Assembly: GCA_963665275.2 (NCBI GenBank)
Contig: CAXXIN010000006.1
Span: 26,164-90,163 of the forward strand
DNA: 64,000 bases
Direction of reading: 5' to 3'
DNA from: Negativicutes bacterium
Lineage (GTDB): Bacteria; Bacillota; Negativicutes; UBA1444
In this document: positions 1 through 9,051 of the stretch, in pieces
Numbering within the stretch: the stretch's first letter is position 1
How the letters are laid out: every line of letters starts with the position of its first letter
The notes under the pieces: model-generated
Told to the model about the DNA's origin: nothing
The model's input: only the letters and a program-made list of their open reading frames with translations
Databases searched by the model: none
Position numbers and translations under genes: made by a program

Positions 1-267
1 GTTTCAATGGGAAAGCTGCATCGTACAAGTCCGGCCAGCTGTCTGTACAATTTAGCGGCCACGACCCTGCTGCAAGGAACAATTCCCAATCAAATCGCCG
101 GACTCCGCGCTGGAGTAAAAGATCAAATGATTCGAATCGGGCATCCCGAAGGAATTGTTCAAGTCCGAGTCACGTTAGGCGAAGATGGCCAAAAGGTTGC
201 AAAGGTTGGCATGGAGCGGACGGCAAGAAGGATTATGAAGGGTGAATTATACACCCCTGTAATGTAA
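1..267 (+). CDS. PrpF/FldA-family isomerase, C-terminal part (gene starts before window)
   Basis: Motifs IRIGHPEG and ERTARRIMKG are typical of the PrpF C-terminus; frame open to window edge. Confidence 0.8.
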   Translation, partial: VSMGKLHRTSPASCLYNLAATTLLQGTIPNQIAGLRAGVKDQMIRIGHPEGIVQVRVTLGEDGQKVAKVGMERTARRIMKGELYTPVM

Positions 268-280
268 GGAAGGGCGATTT

Positions 281-898
281 ATGGAAGAAATAATTGCAAA
301 GATCCAAAAAGTGCCTAGTACGTGTGTGGCAGATGCAACAGACGGAATGAATAATATGGATACTGCCATAAAGCCACTCAAAGCGGGATATAAAGTATGC
401 GGCAGAGCGGTTACGGTCAAAATGCCTGCTGGCGATAATTCAGCCGTACTTCGTGCTATTCGTGCGGCAAAGCAGGGGGATATACTGGTTATTGATTCTA
501 AAGGATACACTTCACGAGCGGTTGCAGGCGACTTCGTGGCAGGCCTGGCCCAAATCTTGGGATTGGGAGGAATGGTAGTGGACGGCAGTATTCGTGATGC
601 TATAGGGATTGGCAACATTGGATTTCCAGTCTTTTGCAGAAGTGTTACGTCTTCTGCCAGTACCAAAAATGATGGAGGGGAAATCAATGTACCCATAGTC
701 TGTGGCGGTGTTGCTGTCAACCCCGGGGATATTGTTGTCGGTGATGATGATGGGGTAGTTATTGTTCCGAAAGACCGCGAACAGGAAATCTTGCTGGCGG
801 CTGAAAAAAAATTACTGAAGGATCAAGAACGTGCCGAAGCAGTGCTGCAAAGTCCAGACACTGCACGAGATTACCTGGATAAATTATTGGGAAATTAA
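281..898 (+). CDS. RraA-like / HMG-CHA aldolase family protein
   Basis: GRAVTV..GDN, GDILVID, VVDGSIRD and GDIVVGDDDGVV motifs; RBS AAGGAAGG. Confidence 0.85.
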   Translation: MEEIIAKIQKVPSTCVADATDGMNNMDTAIKPLKAGYKVCGRAVTVKMPAGDNSAVLRAIRAAKQGDILVIDSKGYTSRAVAGDFVAGLAQILGLGGMVVDGSIRDAIGIGNIGFPVFCRSVTSSASTKNDGGEINVPIVCGGVAVNPGDIVVGDDDGVVIVPKDREQEILLAAEKKLLKDQERAEAVLQSPDTARDYLDKLLGN

Positions 899-936
899 CA
901 AAATGATGAATTTTATTTGAGATAGGAGCGAAGAAC

Positions 937-2868
937 ATGGGAAAAAATTTGATGGAAAAAATTATCGCTTCTCATATAGTGTCGGGCGAAATGATACCCG
1001 GCAATGAGATTGAAATTCGCGTCGATCAGACCCTGACCCAGGATGTGTTGGGAACGATGGCATATCTGCAATATGAAGCTCTGGGAGGTGGACAGGTTAA
1101 AACAAATTCCGTGTCCTACATTGACCACAATACTCTACAAGATGGGTTTGAGAATGCGGATGATCACCGCTATCTGCAAACCGTAGCTGATAAACATGGA
1201 ATAAAATGCTCAAAACCAGGGAATGGCATTTGCCATCAGGTTCATTTGGAAAGATTCAGCAGGCCGGGTGAAGTGCTGGTTGGCGGCGATAGTCATACTC
1301 CCACCTGTGGAGCCGTGGGAATGGTGGCGGTTGGCGTGGGTGGCTTGGAAATCGCCGGAGCTATGGCAAGTGGAAAGTGTTTTTTAACCTATCCCAAAAC
1401 TGTCAAGATCAATTTGGAAGGCGAACTGAAACCGTGGTCTTCTGCTAAAGATATAGCACTTGAAGCTTTGCGTATTTTTACGACAAAAGGGAATGTCGGG
1501 ACTTCTATCGAGTATGGTGGCAGTTGCATCAAGAGCCTTACTGTACCTGAACGGGCGACAATAACTAATATGGGCGCGGAAATGGGGATTACCACGTCGA
1601 TATTTCCAAGTGATGAAGTAACCCAAGCTTTTTTCAAGGCACAGTCACGTTTGGAAGACTGGAAAGAAATAAAACCGGATGCTGATGCAACGTATGAAAA
1701 AATTATCACCATCGATGTCAGCAAGATAGTACCGAATGTTGCCTGCCCACATTCCCCGGACAATGTTAAAACAGTCAAAGAAATGGAAGGCTTGCCGGTA
1801 AATCAAGTTCTGGTGGGAAGCTGCACTAATTCTTCTTATCGAGACCTGTTGCTTGTGGCATCCATGCTCAAAGGGAAACGTGTACATCCGAATGTAAGCT
1901 TCGGGATTGCGCCGGGAAGCCGTCAAGTCCAAGCGATGATCGTCAAAAATGGGTTAATGGATATTTTCCTATCAGCGGGAGCCCGTATTTTTGAAAGCGT
2001 CTGCGGTTTTTGCTGTGGAGCAGGCCAGTCACCCCAAAGCAATGGAGTATCCTTGCGTACAAACAATCGAAATTATGAAGGGCGTAGTGGGACCAAAGAT
2101 GGGCAAGTTTATTTAGTTAGCCCCGAAACTGCGGTAGCGGCTGCGTTGACTGGAAAGATAACGGATCCGCGCGATCTCGGGTTGGAGTATCCGACGATTT
2201 CGTTGCCGGAAGTGTATCCTATAGATGACAACTTGATTTTTACGCCATCTTGCGACCCTGCCGTCGAAGTTTTCCGGGGCCCAAATATTGGCGCTCCGCC
2301 CCAAAATACCAAAATTCCTGAGACTATTAAAGGAAAAGTTGCCATTAAGTTGGGGGATAAAATTACGACGGATCATATTACTCCCGCTGGGTCTCTGCTA
2401 AAATATCGATCCAATGTTCCCAAATACTCTGAATATGTATTTCGAGATGTGAAACCTGAATTCGCTAAAGAGTGCATGAAAAATAAAGAAATGAACTTTT
2501 CTTCAGTGATTGTGGCTGGACAAAGTTATGGACAAGGATCGTCGCGAGAGCATGCAGCGCTTTGCCCAATGTTTCTAGGGGTGAAAATTTTGCTCGCGAA
2601 AAGTGTGGAACGTATTCATGCGGCCAATCTGATCAACTTTGGCATTCTTCAATTGGTCTTTGCCCAAGAAAGTGATTATGACCGATTACAGGATGGTGAT
2701 GAACTTTTGATTGAAAACGTGTATGCGGGTGTCGAACAGGGAAACGTGATTGTACGCAATGTTACGCAGGACTATGAATTTCCCACGAATTGCTCTTTGA
2801 CACAAAGGCAGAGAGAAATTGTCCTTAACGGCGGATTGCTAAATTACATGGTCAGAGATAGCCAATAG
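937..2868 (+). CDS. Aconitate hydratase family protein (~640-aa type)
   Basis: GICHQV, DSHT, GSCTN, CGFCCG, TTDHI and GQGSSREHAA aconitase motifs. Confidence 0.9.
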   Translation: MGKNLMEKIIASHIVSGEMIPGNEIEIRVDQTLTQDVLGTMAYLQYEALGGGQVKTNSVSYIDHNTLQDGFENADDHRYLQTVADKHGIKCSKPGNGICHQVHLERFSRPGEVLVGGDSHTPTCGAVGMVAVGVGGLEIAGAMASGKCFLTYPKTVKINLEGELKPWSSAKDIALEALRIFTTKGNVGTSIEYGGSCIKSLTVPERATITNMGAEMGITTSIFPSDEVTQAFFKAQSRLEDWKEIKPDADATYEKIITIDVSKIVPNVACPHSPDNVKTVKEMEGLPVNQVLVGSCTNSSYRDLLLVASMLKGKRVHPNVSFGIAPGSRQVQAMIVKNGLMDIFLSAGARIFESVCGFCCGAGQSPQSNGVSLRTNNRNYEGRSGTKDGQVYLVSPETAVAAALTGKITDPRDLGLEYPTISLPEVYPIDDNLIFTPSCDPAVEVFRGPNIGAPPQNTKIPETIKGKVAIKLGDKITTDHITPAGSLLKYRSNVPKYSEYVFRDVKPEFAKECMKNKEMNFSSVIVAGQSYGQGSSREHAALCPMFLGVKILLAKSVERIHAANLINFGILQLVFAQESDYDRLQDGDELLIENVYAGVEQGNVIVRNVTQDYEFPTNCSLTQRQREIVLNGGLLNYMVRDSQ

Positions 2869-2970
2869 AGAAGTAATTGAGTTGCCAATGCCGGTATAAC
2901 TTTGCACAATAGTGGATACGGATGGTTTCTTAGACTGAACCGATATTCTCAAATTAAATGATGCCTAAAC

Positions 2971-3056
2971 AAAAAAAGTCGGGATGGATTTGTCCATGGC
3001 CGCAGTGATTCCAAAGAATCTGCATGGACATCTCCATCTCGGCTGACTATTTTTTG
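2971..3056. terminator. Probable bidirectional terminator hairpin
   Basis: A-run, GGGATGGA..TGTCCATG / CATGGACA..TCCATCTC stem, then T-run, between convergent genes. Confidence 0.55.
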
Positions 3057-3270
3057 TTGTGGCAGGCGATTTTTAGCGGTAGTCAGGATAATACGGCTAT
3101 ACTTGTCAGAAATCTTGATAAATGAGGGTGTTGACTGTCAACGGCAATGATAAAATGCAAAAAGGCAAATTTAGACTGGCGTTGACAGTCTTTTTTTTTG
3201 CGCTTTTAGTGCGGGGGCGGGCCTCGGAACATGACGGCATAGTGGTGGTAGGCTGAATGATGGCAGAGAG

Positions 3271-3996
3271 TTAGCTGGAGAAACAAAGCGCAGGCAACTC
3301 GGTTGAGGGCTTGCCTGCGGGGCATATTTCGCGGCATTTCCAACACTGCAGTACAGGGAATCCTCTGGGCAGCTTCGTCCAGCAATGACTTCTGCAAGAG
3401 GATTGATGGATGGAATGGTTATTCTTTAGAGCTTTTCCAGGACATGCGTCGATGCATAGTTGGCAACTCGGTGGGCATAGTTCGTTCGTAAGTACGGCGT
3501 CGGGTTCGATTTCAAGGTCAGTAACGATGGAAACAAGGTTCACACGATTTCCGAATTGTGGCGTAATCAGCAGAGTGTTTTTCCCCAGCACACCTAGCCC
3601 AGCGGCTACGGCTGCATGCTTGTGCGACAGATCGCCGGCCGCATACTGAGTTTCTTCATCCCAATGGAAGTAGGGCGTCATGGCGGGTACCGGAATCGCG
3701 CTGGCTGCAAAAGTTTCTTCGAGGAACAGAGATAGATGATACGCATCATGATCCAGTCGAACAACATTACCGTCGTGAACCGTAGTGTAGCTGGTCCATT
3801 TTTTGTTTTTCACCGGGCCGGTCAGGATTCTTCGGGCCAATACGATAATGGATTTCGCCTCGACCATGATATCTTGCGGTTTGTGATTTTCCGGCGCCGC
3901 CGCAAATCTTTCGACGGGAGCTACGCCGATCAATTCAATACCCAAGCTCTGGGCCTTGTCTAAAAGATTTTTTTTAACATCGGCTGGTTGAAAAAT
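3271..3996 (-). CDS. QueG/reductive-dehalogenase-like 2x[4Fe-4S] protein
   Basis: LSHKHAAVAAGLG..GKN.LLITP.FG, CPPSCQLCIDACP and CWKCREICP motifs; start uncertain (ATT 3996 or TTG 4005 after AAGGAG). Confidence 0.75.
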   Translation of the reverse strand: MFQPADVKKNLLDKAQSLGIELIGVAPVERFAAAPENHKPQDIMVEAKSIIVLARRILTGPVKNKKWTSYTTVHDGNVVRLDHDAYHLSLFLEETFAASAIPVPAMTPYFHWDEETQYAAGDLSHKHAAVAAGLGVLGKNTLLITPQFGNRVNLVSIVTDLEIEPDAVLTNELCPPSCQLCIDACPGKALKNNHSIHQSSCRSHCWTKLPRGFPVLQCWKCREICPAGKPSTELPALCFSS

Positions 3997-4245
3997 ATAG
4001 ATCAACTCCTTTACTAAGACAATTATAGATTCAGGAGCCTGTGTGTGTCTTATCGATTTTCGCCATGTAATTCGGTGGTGGCAAAGCAAAGGAGATGGAG
4101 CAAGCTATGAAAACAAAATTCGGCAAGAAGCACTTTCATCAGAAGTGTTTGCGTCGGGTTATCTTCTTCATTTCGTAAGTTTCTTCTACCAGGCAACCTC
4201 CCCAGTAGGCACTCAGAGGAGAAATTCATTTAGCTTGCAGGAGTT

Positions 4246-5163
4246 TCAAGGTTTTGGCTGATGAACAATGAGTCCTTCAAATTCCGATTTGATCACCTGT
4301 TCCAGGTAGTGGTCGAATATTTTCAGGCTAGCAATCGTGCTAGATTTCGGCTGCTTATGGGTGAGTTTGTAAACAATCCTGTCAGGTGGCGGATCGGACA
4401 GGAAAAACATCACATAGTTTCCCAGCTTTTGCGATGCTATCGCCATTGACAATGGCATGATGGCCCATTGTTCGGGCTCCTGCAGACCCAGAACCAAAAG
4501 TCGTGCGGTATCGAATTGGGCCATGCACGGCATCGATGGATCCCACCTTTTATCATGCCAAAGTTGAAAACTTGTTGACCATCGGACATAAAGCTCATGA
4601 CTGCGATCCAATTCGCCGGGATGGAGCAAACCAGATTGGGAAAACGGTGTGGGCGCGAGTTTCAAAACCACCATCGGTTCGGAATAGCATGGAGATACGA
4701 TTACATTGGGATGATTTCGTTCTAATTGAGAAAAAGCAACATTGACATGTCGCCTGTCCACTTCTTCGTAAGCTTCAACCGAATGAGATGTAATTACATT
4801 GAGCTGTATTTTCGGTTTGTGGTGGCTAAGTGCCGTATATAGCGCAGGGAAAATTGAACTGACAATGCTATCAAGCATAAGGATGGACAAAGATAGGTGG
4901 GGCCCGGAAGACAGTGCGACCTGGGTTTCTCGAAAAAGCAAATCCCAGCGCTCGGCCAGTGCAACGAAATTTTCTCCGGCCGGGGTGAGACGAATCGTCT
5001 TTAAGCCTTTTCCTCTCTCGAAAAGAACAGTTGTCACTTCCTGCTCTAATACACGGATCCTTTTGCTGACAGTTGTTTGAGATAAATGGAGCTGTTCGGC
5101 GGCCTTGCTGATGTTCTGGGTCCGAACTACCGCCAAAAAAGCTTCAATTCCGCGATTGTACAT
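4246..5163 (-). CDS. LysR-family transcriptional regulator
   Basis: N-terminal HTH FLAVV..QNISKAAEQLHLSQTTVSKRIRVLE; RBS GAGGAGG before ATG 5163; divergent from the downstream operon. Confidence 0.9.
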   Translation of the reverse strand: MYNRGIEAFLAVVRTQNISKAAEQLHLSQTTVSKRIRVLEQEVTTVLFERGKGLKTIRLTPAGENFVALAERWDLLFRETQVALSSGPHLSLSILMLDSIVSSIFPALYTALSHHKPKIQLNVITSHSVEAYEEVDRRHVNVAFSQLERNHPNVIVSPCYSEPMVVLKLAPTPFSQSGLLHPGELDRSHELYVRWSTSFQLWHDKRWDPSMPCMAQFDTARLLVLGLQEPEQWAIMPLSMAIASQKLGNYVMFFLSDPPPDRIVYKLTHKQPKSSTIASLKIFDHYLEQVIKSEFEGLIVHQPKP

Positions 5164-5356
5164 GCTGCACCTCCTCTTTGGAAATAGCAATAAAGGTAAT
5201 ATATATTCGCACAAATAGTCATTTTACTTGCATTTTAAATTGGCTTAATATTAGCACAAAAGATGCAATTGCGGCAATAAAACTTTCAATTCGCTTAATC
5301 TATCCGGGATGCATACCGGATGATGAACTAATAAAAAGATAGGGAGGGTTCTATTA

Positions 5357-6034
5357 ATGTCAAATGTTAACTTCCGAATTTACTCAAAAATTGAAAGACC
5401 TTCAAAAGAACTCGTGAATGCTTTTGCAGGAATCCCTGTGGCGAACATTGGAGACTGTATGAACCGAATGTCCTGTATCGATGCCGGACTCCGTCCACTA
5501 AACAGCGCACCTTTGCTCGGAACCGCATTTACCGTCAAGACGCGCCCCGGTGACAATCTTCTTCTGCACAAGGCGATCGACATGGCAGCGCCTGGCGATG
5601 TCATTGTTGTGGATGCCGGGGGGGAAACGAGCAATTCGATCACCGGCGAATTGATGATTCTTTGGATGCAGGGTCGCGGTGTTGCCGGACTAATCGTTGA
5701 CGGGGCAATTCGAGATCTTGGTTCAATCCAAAAGATGAAATTTCCGGTCTATGCCGCGGGTGTTCAGCCCAAAGGACCCTATAAAGATGGCCCGGGTGAA
5801 ATCAATGTTCCGGTTTGCTGTGGCGGCGTGGTTATAAAACCCGGCGACATCCTGGTGGGTGATGAAGACAGTGTCATTGTGATCGATCCTAAAGATGCCC
5901 CTGAAGTTCTGGAAAAAGCCAAAGCAACGGTAGCCAAAGAAGCAGGAATGATGGAGGCTATCAAAAACAAGACCTGGGATCGCAGTTGGGTTGACAAAGC
6001 GCTCAAAGAAAAAGGTTGCGAATTTATTGACTGA
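5357..6034 (+). CDS. RraA-like / HMG-CHA aldolase family protein (second copy)
   Basis: GTAFTVKTRPGDNL, VDGAIRD and GPGEINVPV motifs. Confidence 0.88.
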   Translation: MSNVNFRIYSKIERPSKELVNAFAGIPVANIGDCMNRMSCIDAGLRPLNSAPLLGTAFTVKTRPGDNLLLHKAIDMAAPGDVIVVDAGGETSNSITGELMILWMQGRGVAGLIVDGAIRDLGSIQKMKFPVYAAGVQPKGPYKDGPGEINVPVCCGGVVIKPGDILVGDEDSVIVIDPKDAPEVLEKAKATVAKEAGMMEAIKNKTWDRSWVDKALKEKGCEFID

Positions 6035-6118
6035 AGCATGACCTGGTTGAATCGGAAGTGTACAACATATAAGCGTTAAAAAAGTAAAGTGGCGCAAGCC
6101 CTGAGGGAGAAAACATAA

Positions 6119-6991
6119 ATGAAACTGGGTTTTATCGGATTCGGTGAAGTGTCTTTTGAAATATCAAACGGGCTAAAGATGGAGGGCTTGCAGGAAATCG
6201 TTGCCTTTGATCCAATGCAGAATGATCCCCAATTCGGTTCTTTTGTGAGGCAAAGAGCGATAACTGCAGCGGTAACCTTGCTGGATACGCCGGGAGCGGT
6301 GATCGCCGCAGCTGATTTGATTATTGCCGCAGTTCCAGGCAGCAAAGCGCTGCAAGCTGCGGAATCGATCCTCGGAGATTTGAATGAATGCAAAATATAT
6401 GCGGACGTATCCACTTCATCACCCACGACCAAACAAAAAATCGCGACGCTTATTGCTTCGACCGGTGCTCTCTTTGTCGATGGAGCGCTCATGGGCGGTT
6501 TGCGGTTGCAGCAGCACAAAGTCCCCACCTTGCTCAGTGGCAGCGGCGCCGATAAATTTATCGAGCTGATGCGACTCTATCACATGTCGTTGGAAAAAGT
6601 GAGTGACAAAGCCGGCGATGCCATCGCAATCAAATTGGTGCGAAGTGTCTACATGAAAGGGATTGCATCGTTGCAGGTAGAAATGTTGGAAGCAGCAACG
6701 AAACTACAGGTGGAAGACAAAGTGCTCGCTTCAATATCCAACACCATGGATGCGGGTTCCTTCATGAAAACCATGAATTTTTTAGTCACTGCCGGTGCTA
6801 TTCATGCAGAGCGGCAGTCCCATGAGATGAAAGACTGCATGGTGATGCTCCAAGATCTTGGAATCCAGCCTACAATGACCGAGGCAACCATGATGCACCT
6901 GCAGGGGTTGGCAAGCAAAAAACTGAAAGATAGGTTTCAGGGAAATGTTCCCGCAAAATGGGAAGATGTCATACAGAATTTAGCGGGATAA
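6119..6991 (+). CDS. NAD(P)-dependent beta-hydroxyacid dehydrogenase family (DUF1932 type)
   Basis: GFIGFGEV Rossmann motif; AIKLVRSVYMKG catalytic-Lys motif. Confidence 0.8.
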   Translation: MKLGFIGFGEVSFEISNGLKMEGLQEIVAFDPMQNDPQFGSFVRQRAITAAVTLLDTPGAVIAAADLIIAAVPGSKALQAAESILGDLNECKIYADVSTSSPTTKQKIATLIASTGALFVDGALMGGLRLQQHKVPTLLSGSGADKFIELMRLYHMSLEKVSDKAGDAIAIKLVRSVYMKGIASLQVEMLEAATKLQVEDKVLASISNTMDAGSFMKTMNFLVTAGAIHAERQSHEMKDCMVMLQDLGIQPTMTEATMMHLQGLASKKLKDRFQGNVPAKWEDVIQNLAG

Positions 6992-7051
6992 AGAAACAAA
7001 ACCCGATTGGAAACAAAAAATACGAGAAGCATGTGTTGGGAGAGATTGAAA

Positions 7052-8386
7052 ATGACAAACACGATTCAGGATACAGCTTCATTTGAATCAAATACAATGA
7101 AAAAAGTTAGAAACCGACTCATTCCATTTCTTACACTACTGTATTTCTTTGCCATGTTGGACAGAGTAAACGTTGGGTATGCCGCTCTGACGATGAATAA
7201 GGAGCTTGGAATCTCTAGCGCGCAATTCGGACTTGTGGCAGGTATTTTTTTCATAGGATATTTTATATTTGAAGTTCCCAGCAATATAATCATGACCAAG
7301 GTCGGGGCGCGTCAGTGGATCGGCCGAATCCTCATTACCTGGGGAATTGCTTCTGCGGCGTGTGGCCTGATTCAAAATGCAACGCAGCTTTATATTGCGA
7401 GATTCATTCTCGGCGTGATGGAAGCTGGATTTTATCCTGGAGTTATGTTGTATCTCACTTACTGGTTTCCTGCGAAGGAGCGCGGAAAAGTGATTTCGTT
7501 ATTTATGCTGGCGCTTCCCATTTCGTCAATTTTAGGCGCGCCGATTTCAGGGTTAATTCTTGATCATATACATTGGGCAGGAATCTCAAGTTGGCGCTGG
7601 TTGTTTTACTTTGAAGGATTGCCTACTCTTATTTTTGGTGTCATTACGATTCTTATGCTTCCGAATACTCCGAGTGATGCAAAATGGCTCTCGACGGAGG
7701 AAAAAACATGGCTGGAAGACAAAATCAAACGTGAGCACGAAGCAGTCGCCAGCAAGCATAAACATTCCATGTGGAGCGCTTTGGCCGGGAGTACAGTGTG
7801 GTTATTGGCCATAATTTACTTTAGTAAAACAATGGCCGTATATGGAGTGACTTTCTTTGCCCCAACGTTGATCAAAGGTCTGACAGTGGGCTTGTCTAAC
7901 TTCCAAATCGGGTTAATTAATGCGATTCCGTTAGTTTTTGCCTCGTTCTTTATGGTTTGGTGGGGCAATCATTCTGACAAGACAGGGGAACGCCGCTGGC
8001 ATACGGCACTTTCAGTATTGCTCTGTGGAATAGGTCTGTTAGGGTTAGGATTTACAAGTAGCCCAATACTGGCAGTGGTTTTCCTCACCGTCGTATATTG
8101 TGGTGCTTATAGTATTTACGGTGCATTTTGGTCGCTGACGGCTATGGTATACACTGGGAAGTCGGCAGCAGTGGCTATGGCATCCATCAATTCCATAGCA
8201 AATTTGGGAGGATTTATCGGTCCGGTTGGGATCGGGGCATTAAAAACGGCAACCGGCGGCAGTAATTATGCTGGTTTTTATGCTTGCGCGGCACTCCTGT
8301 TCATTGCGTTTGGAATTACGCTTTCGCTGAAGTTCGCAAAAAAAGACGACACAATCGTTGAAGCAAAAGTGGCGGCGGCAAAGTAG
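7052..8386 (+). CDS. MFS transporter, anion:cation symporter family (organic acid uptake)
   Basis: LDRVNVGYA, FEVPSN, EAGFYPG and SDKTGERRWH motifs; about 12 TM segments. Confidence 0.88.
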   Translation: MTNTIQDTASFESNTMKKVRNRLIPFLTLLYFFAMLDRVNVGYAALTMNKELGISSAQFGLVAGIFFIGYFIFEVPSNIIMTKVGARQWIGRILITWGIASAACGLIQNATQLYIARFILGVMEAGFYPGVMLYLTYWFPAKERGKVISLFMLALPISSILGAPISGLILDHIHWAGISSWRWLFYFEGLPTLIFGVITILMLPNTPSDAKWLSTEEKTWLEDKIKREHEAVASKHKHSMWSALAGSTVWLLAIIYFSKTMAVYGVTFFAPTLIKGLTVGLSNFQIGLINAIPLVFASFFMVWWGNHSDKTGERRWHTALSVLLCGIGLLGLGFTSSPILAVVFLTVVYCGAYSIYGAFWSLTAMVYTGKSAAVAMASINSIANLGGFIGPVGIGALKTATGGSNYAGFYACAALLFIAFGITLSLKFAKKDDTIVEAKVAAAK

Positions 8387-8619
8387 CGGAGCAGCACCGA
8401 ACGAAAGAGATGGCACTAAATTGTCTTTCGCCAAGAATCGCAGCACCCCCGGATACGATGCACTGTCGTGTCCGGGGGTGCTGCGTAACAAGATTTACTT
8501 GTTGTCGAGTTCACCCAGTCAGATTTTATTGCCACATTGCAATACTTGCTTATTGGACCGGCTATTTGAATTAAAGTTTCGCAGATTATCCACCACCGGG
8601 AAAAAGTACGCAATTTGTT

Positions 8620-8763
8620 CGCTGGTGACGGCACAACATGATGCGGAAGCCAAAACAAAGCCTCCGGCTCTGACCTGGACAAACGGCAAGTAGTATGAGG
8701 TCGACCGGGTGGTAGATGCAAGGATATAGTGGCCTGGGAATGCGGCATACATGCAGGGTATGA
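8620..8763 (+). pseudogene. Remnant of a small conserved hypothetical gene usually found after DinB/UmuC-like polymerases in Firmicutes
   Basis: VTAQHD..LTWTNGK*YEVDRVVDAR, then frameshifted GLGMRHTCRV; resembles W.DGR.YEIDRVLD..GG.GIRYTCRI. Confidence 0.55.
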
Positions 8764-8811
8764 GGCTTTTGTTCAGCTGCAGTAACGAAACGCCTTTATA
8801 TTTTCATCATG

Positions 8812-8840
8812 GCAGGAAATATCCAATCGACAAAGGAAAT
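8812..8840 (+). promoter_or_regulatory. SigH-like promoter
   Basis: GCAGGA-N18-GAAAT upstream of the amidase unit. Confidence 0.5.
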
Positions 8841-8901
8841 AATGGTTGTATCATGAATCAATAAGCTGAGATAAAAAAATCGCAAGAAAGGGTGATTTAG
8901 A

Positions 8902-9051
8902 GTGACCAACCCACAGATTGAACTTCCAAATTCTCCAGTTAGTGACGAAGCACGAGAAAAGTTCGAGGCGGAAGTCCGACTGATCCGCACCTATCCTATG
9001 CCGCGCGACATAGAACCCCAAATTTGTCGGGGCAAGCAGGTAAGGCTATGA
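8902..9051 (+). CDS. 49-aa AtzG/GatC-like amidase partner (not in ORF track)
   Basis: GTG start after AAAGGGTGA; MTNPQIELPNSPVSDEAREKFEAEVRLIRTYPMPRDIEPQICRGKQVRL; ATGA overlap with amidase start. Confidence 0.65.
   Translation: MTNPQIELPNSPVSDEAREKFEAEVRLIRTYPMPRDIEPQICRGKQVRL

Noticed and set aside
4107-4178. 23-aa plus-strand ORF with GGAG RBS
   Set aside because: Very short, antisense to the flanking genes, and no recognisable motif
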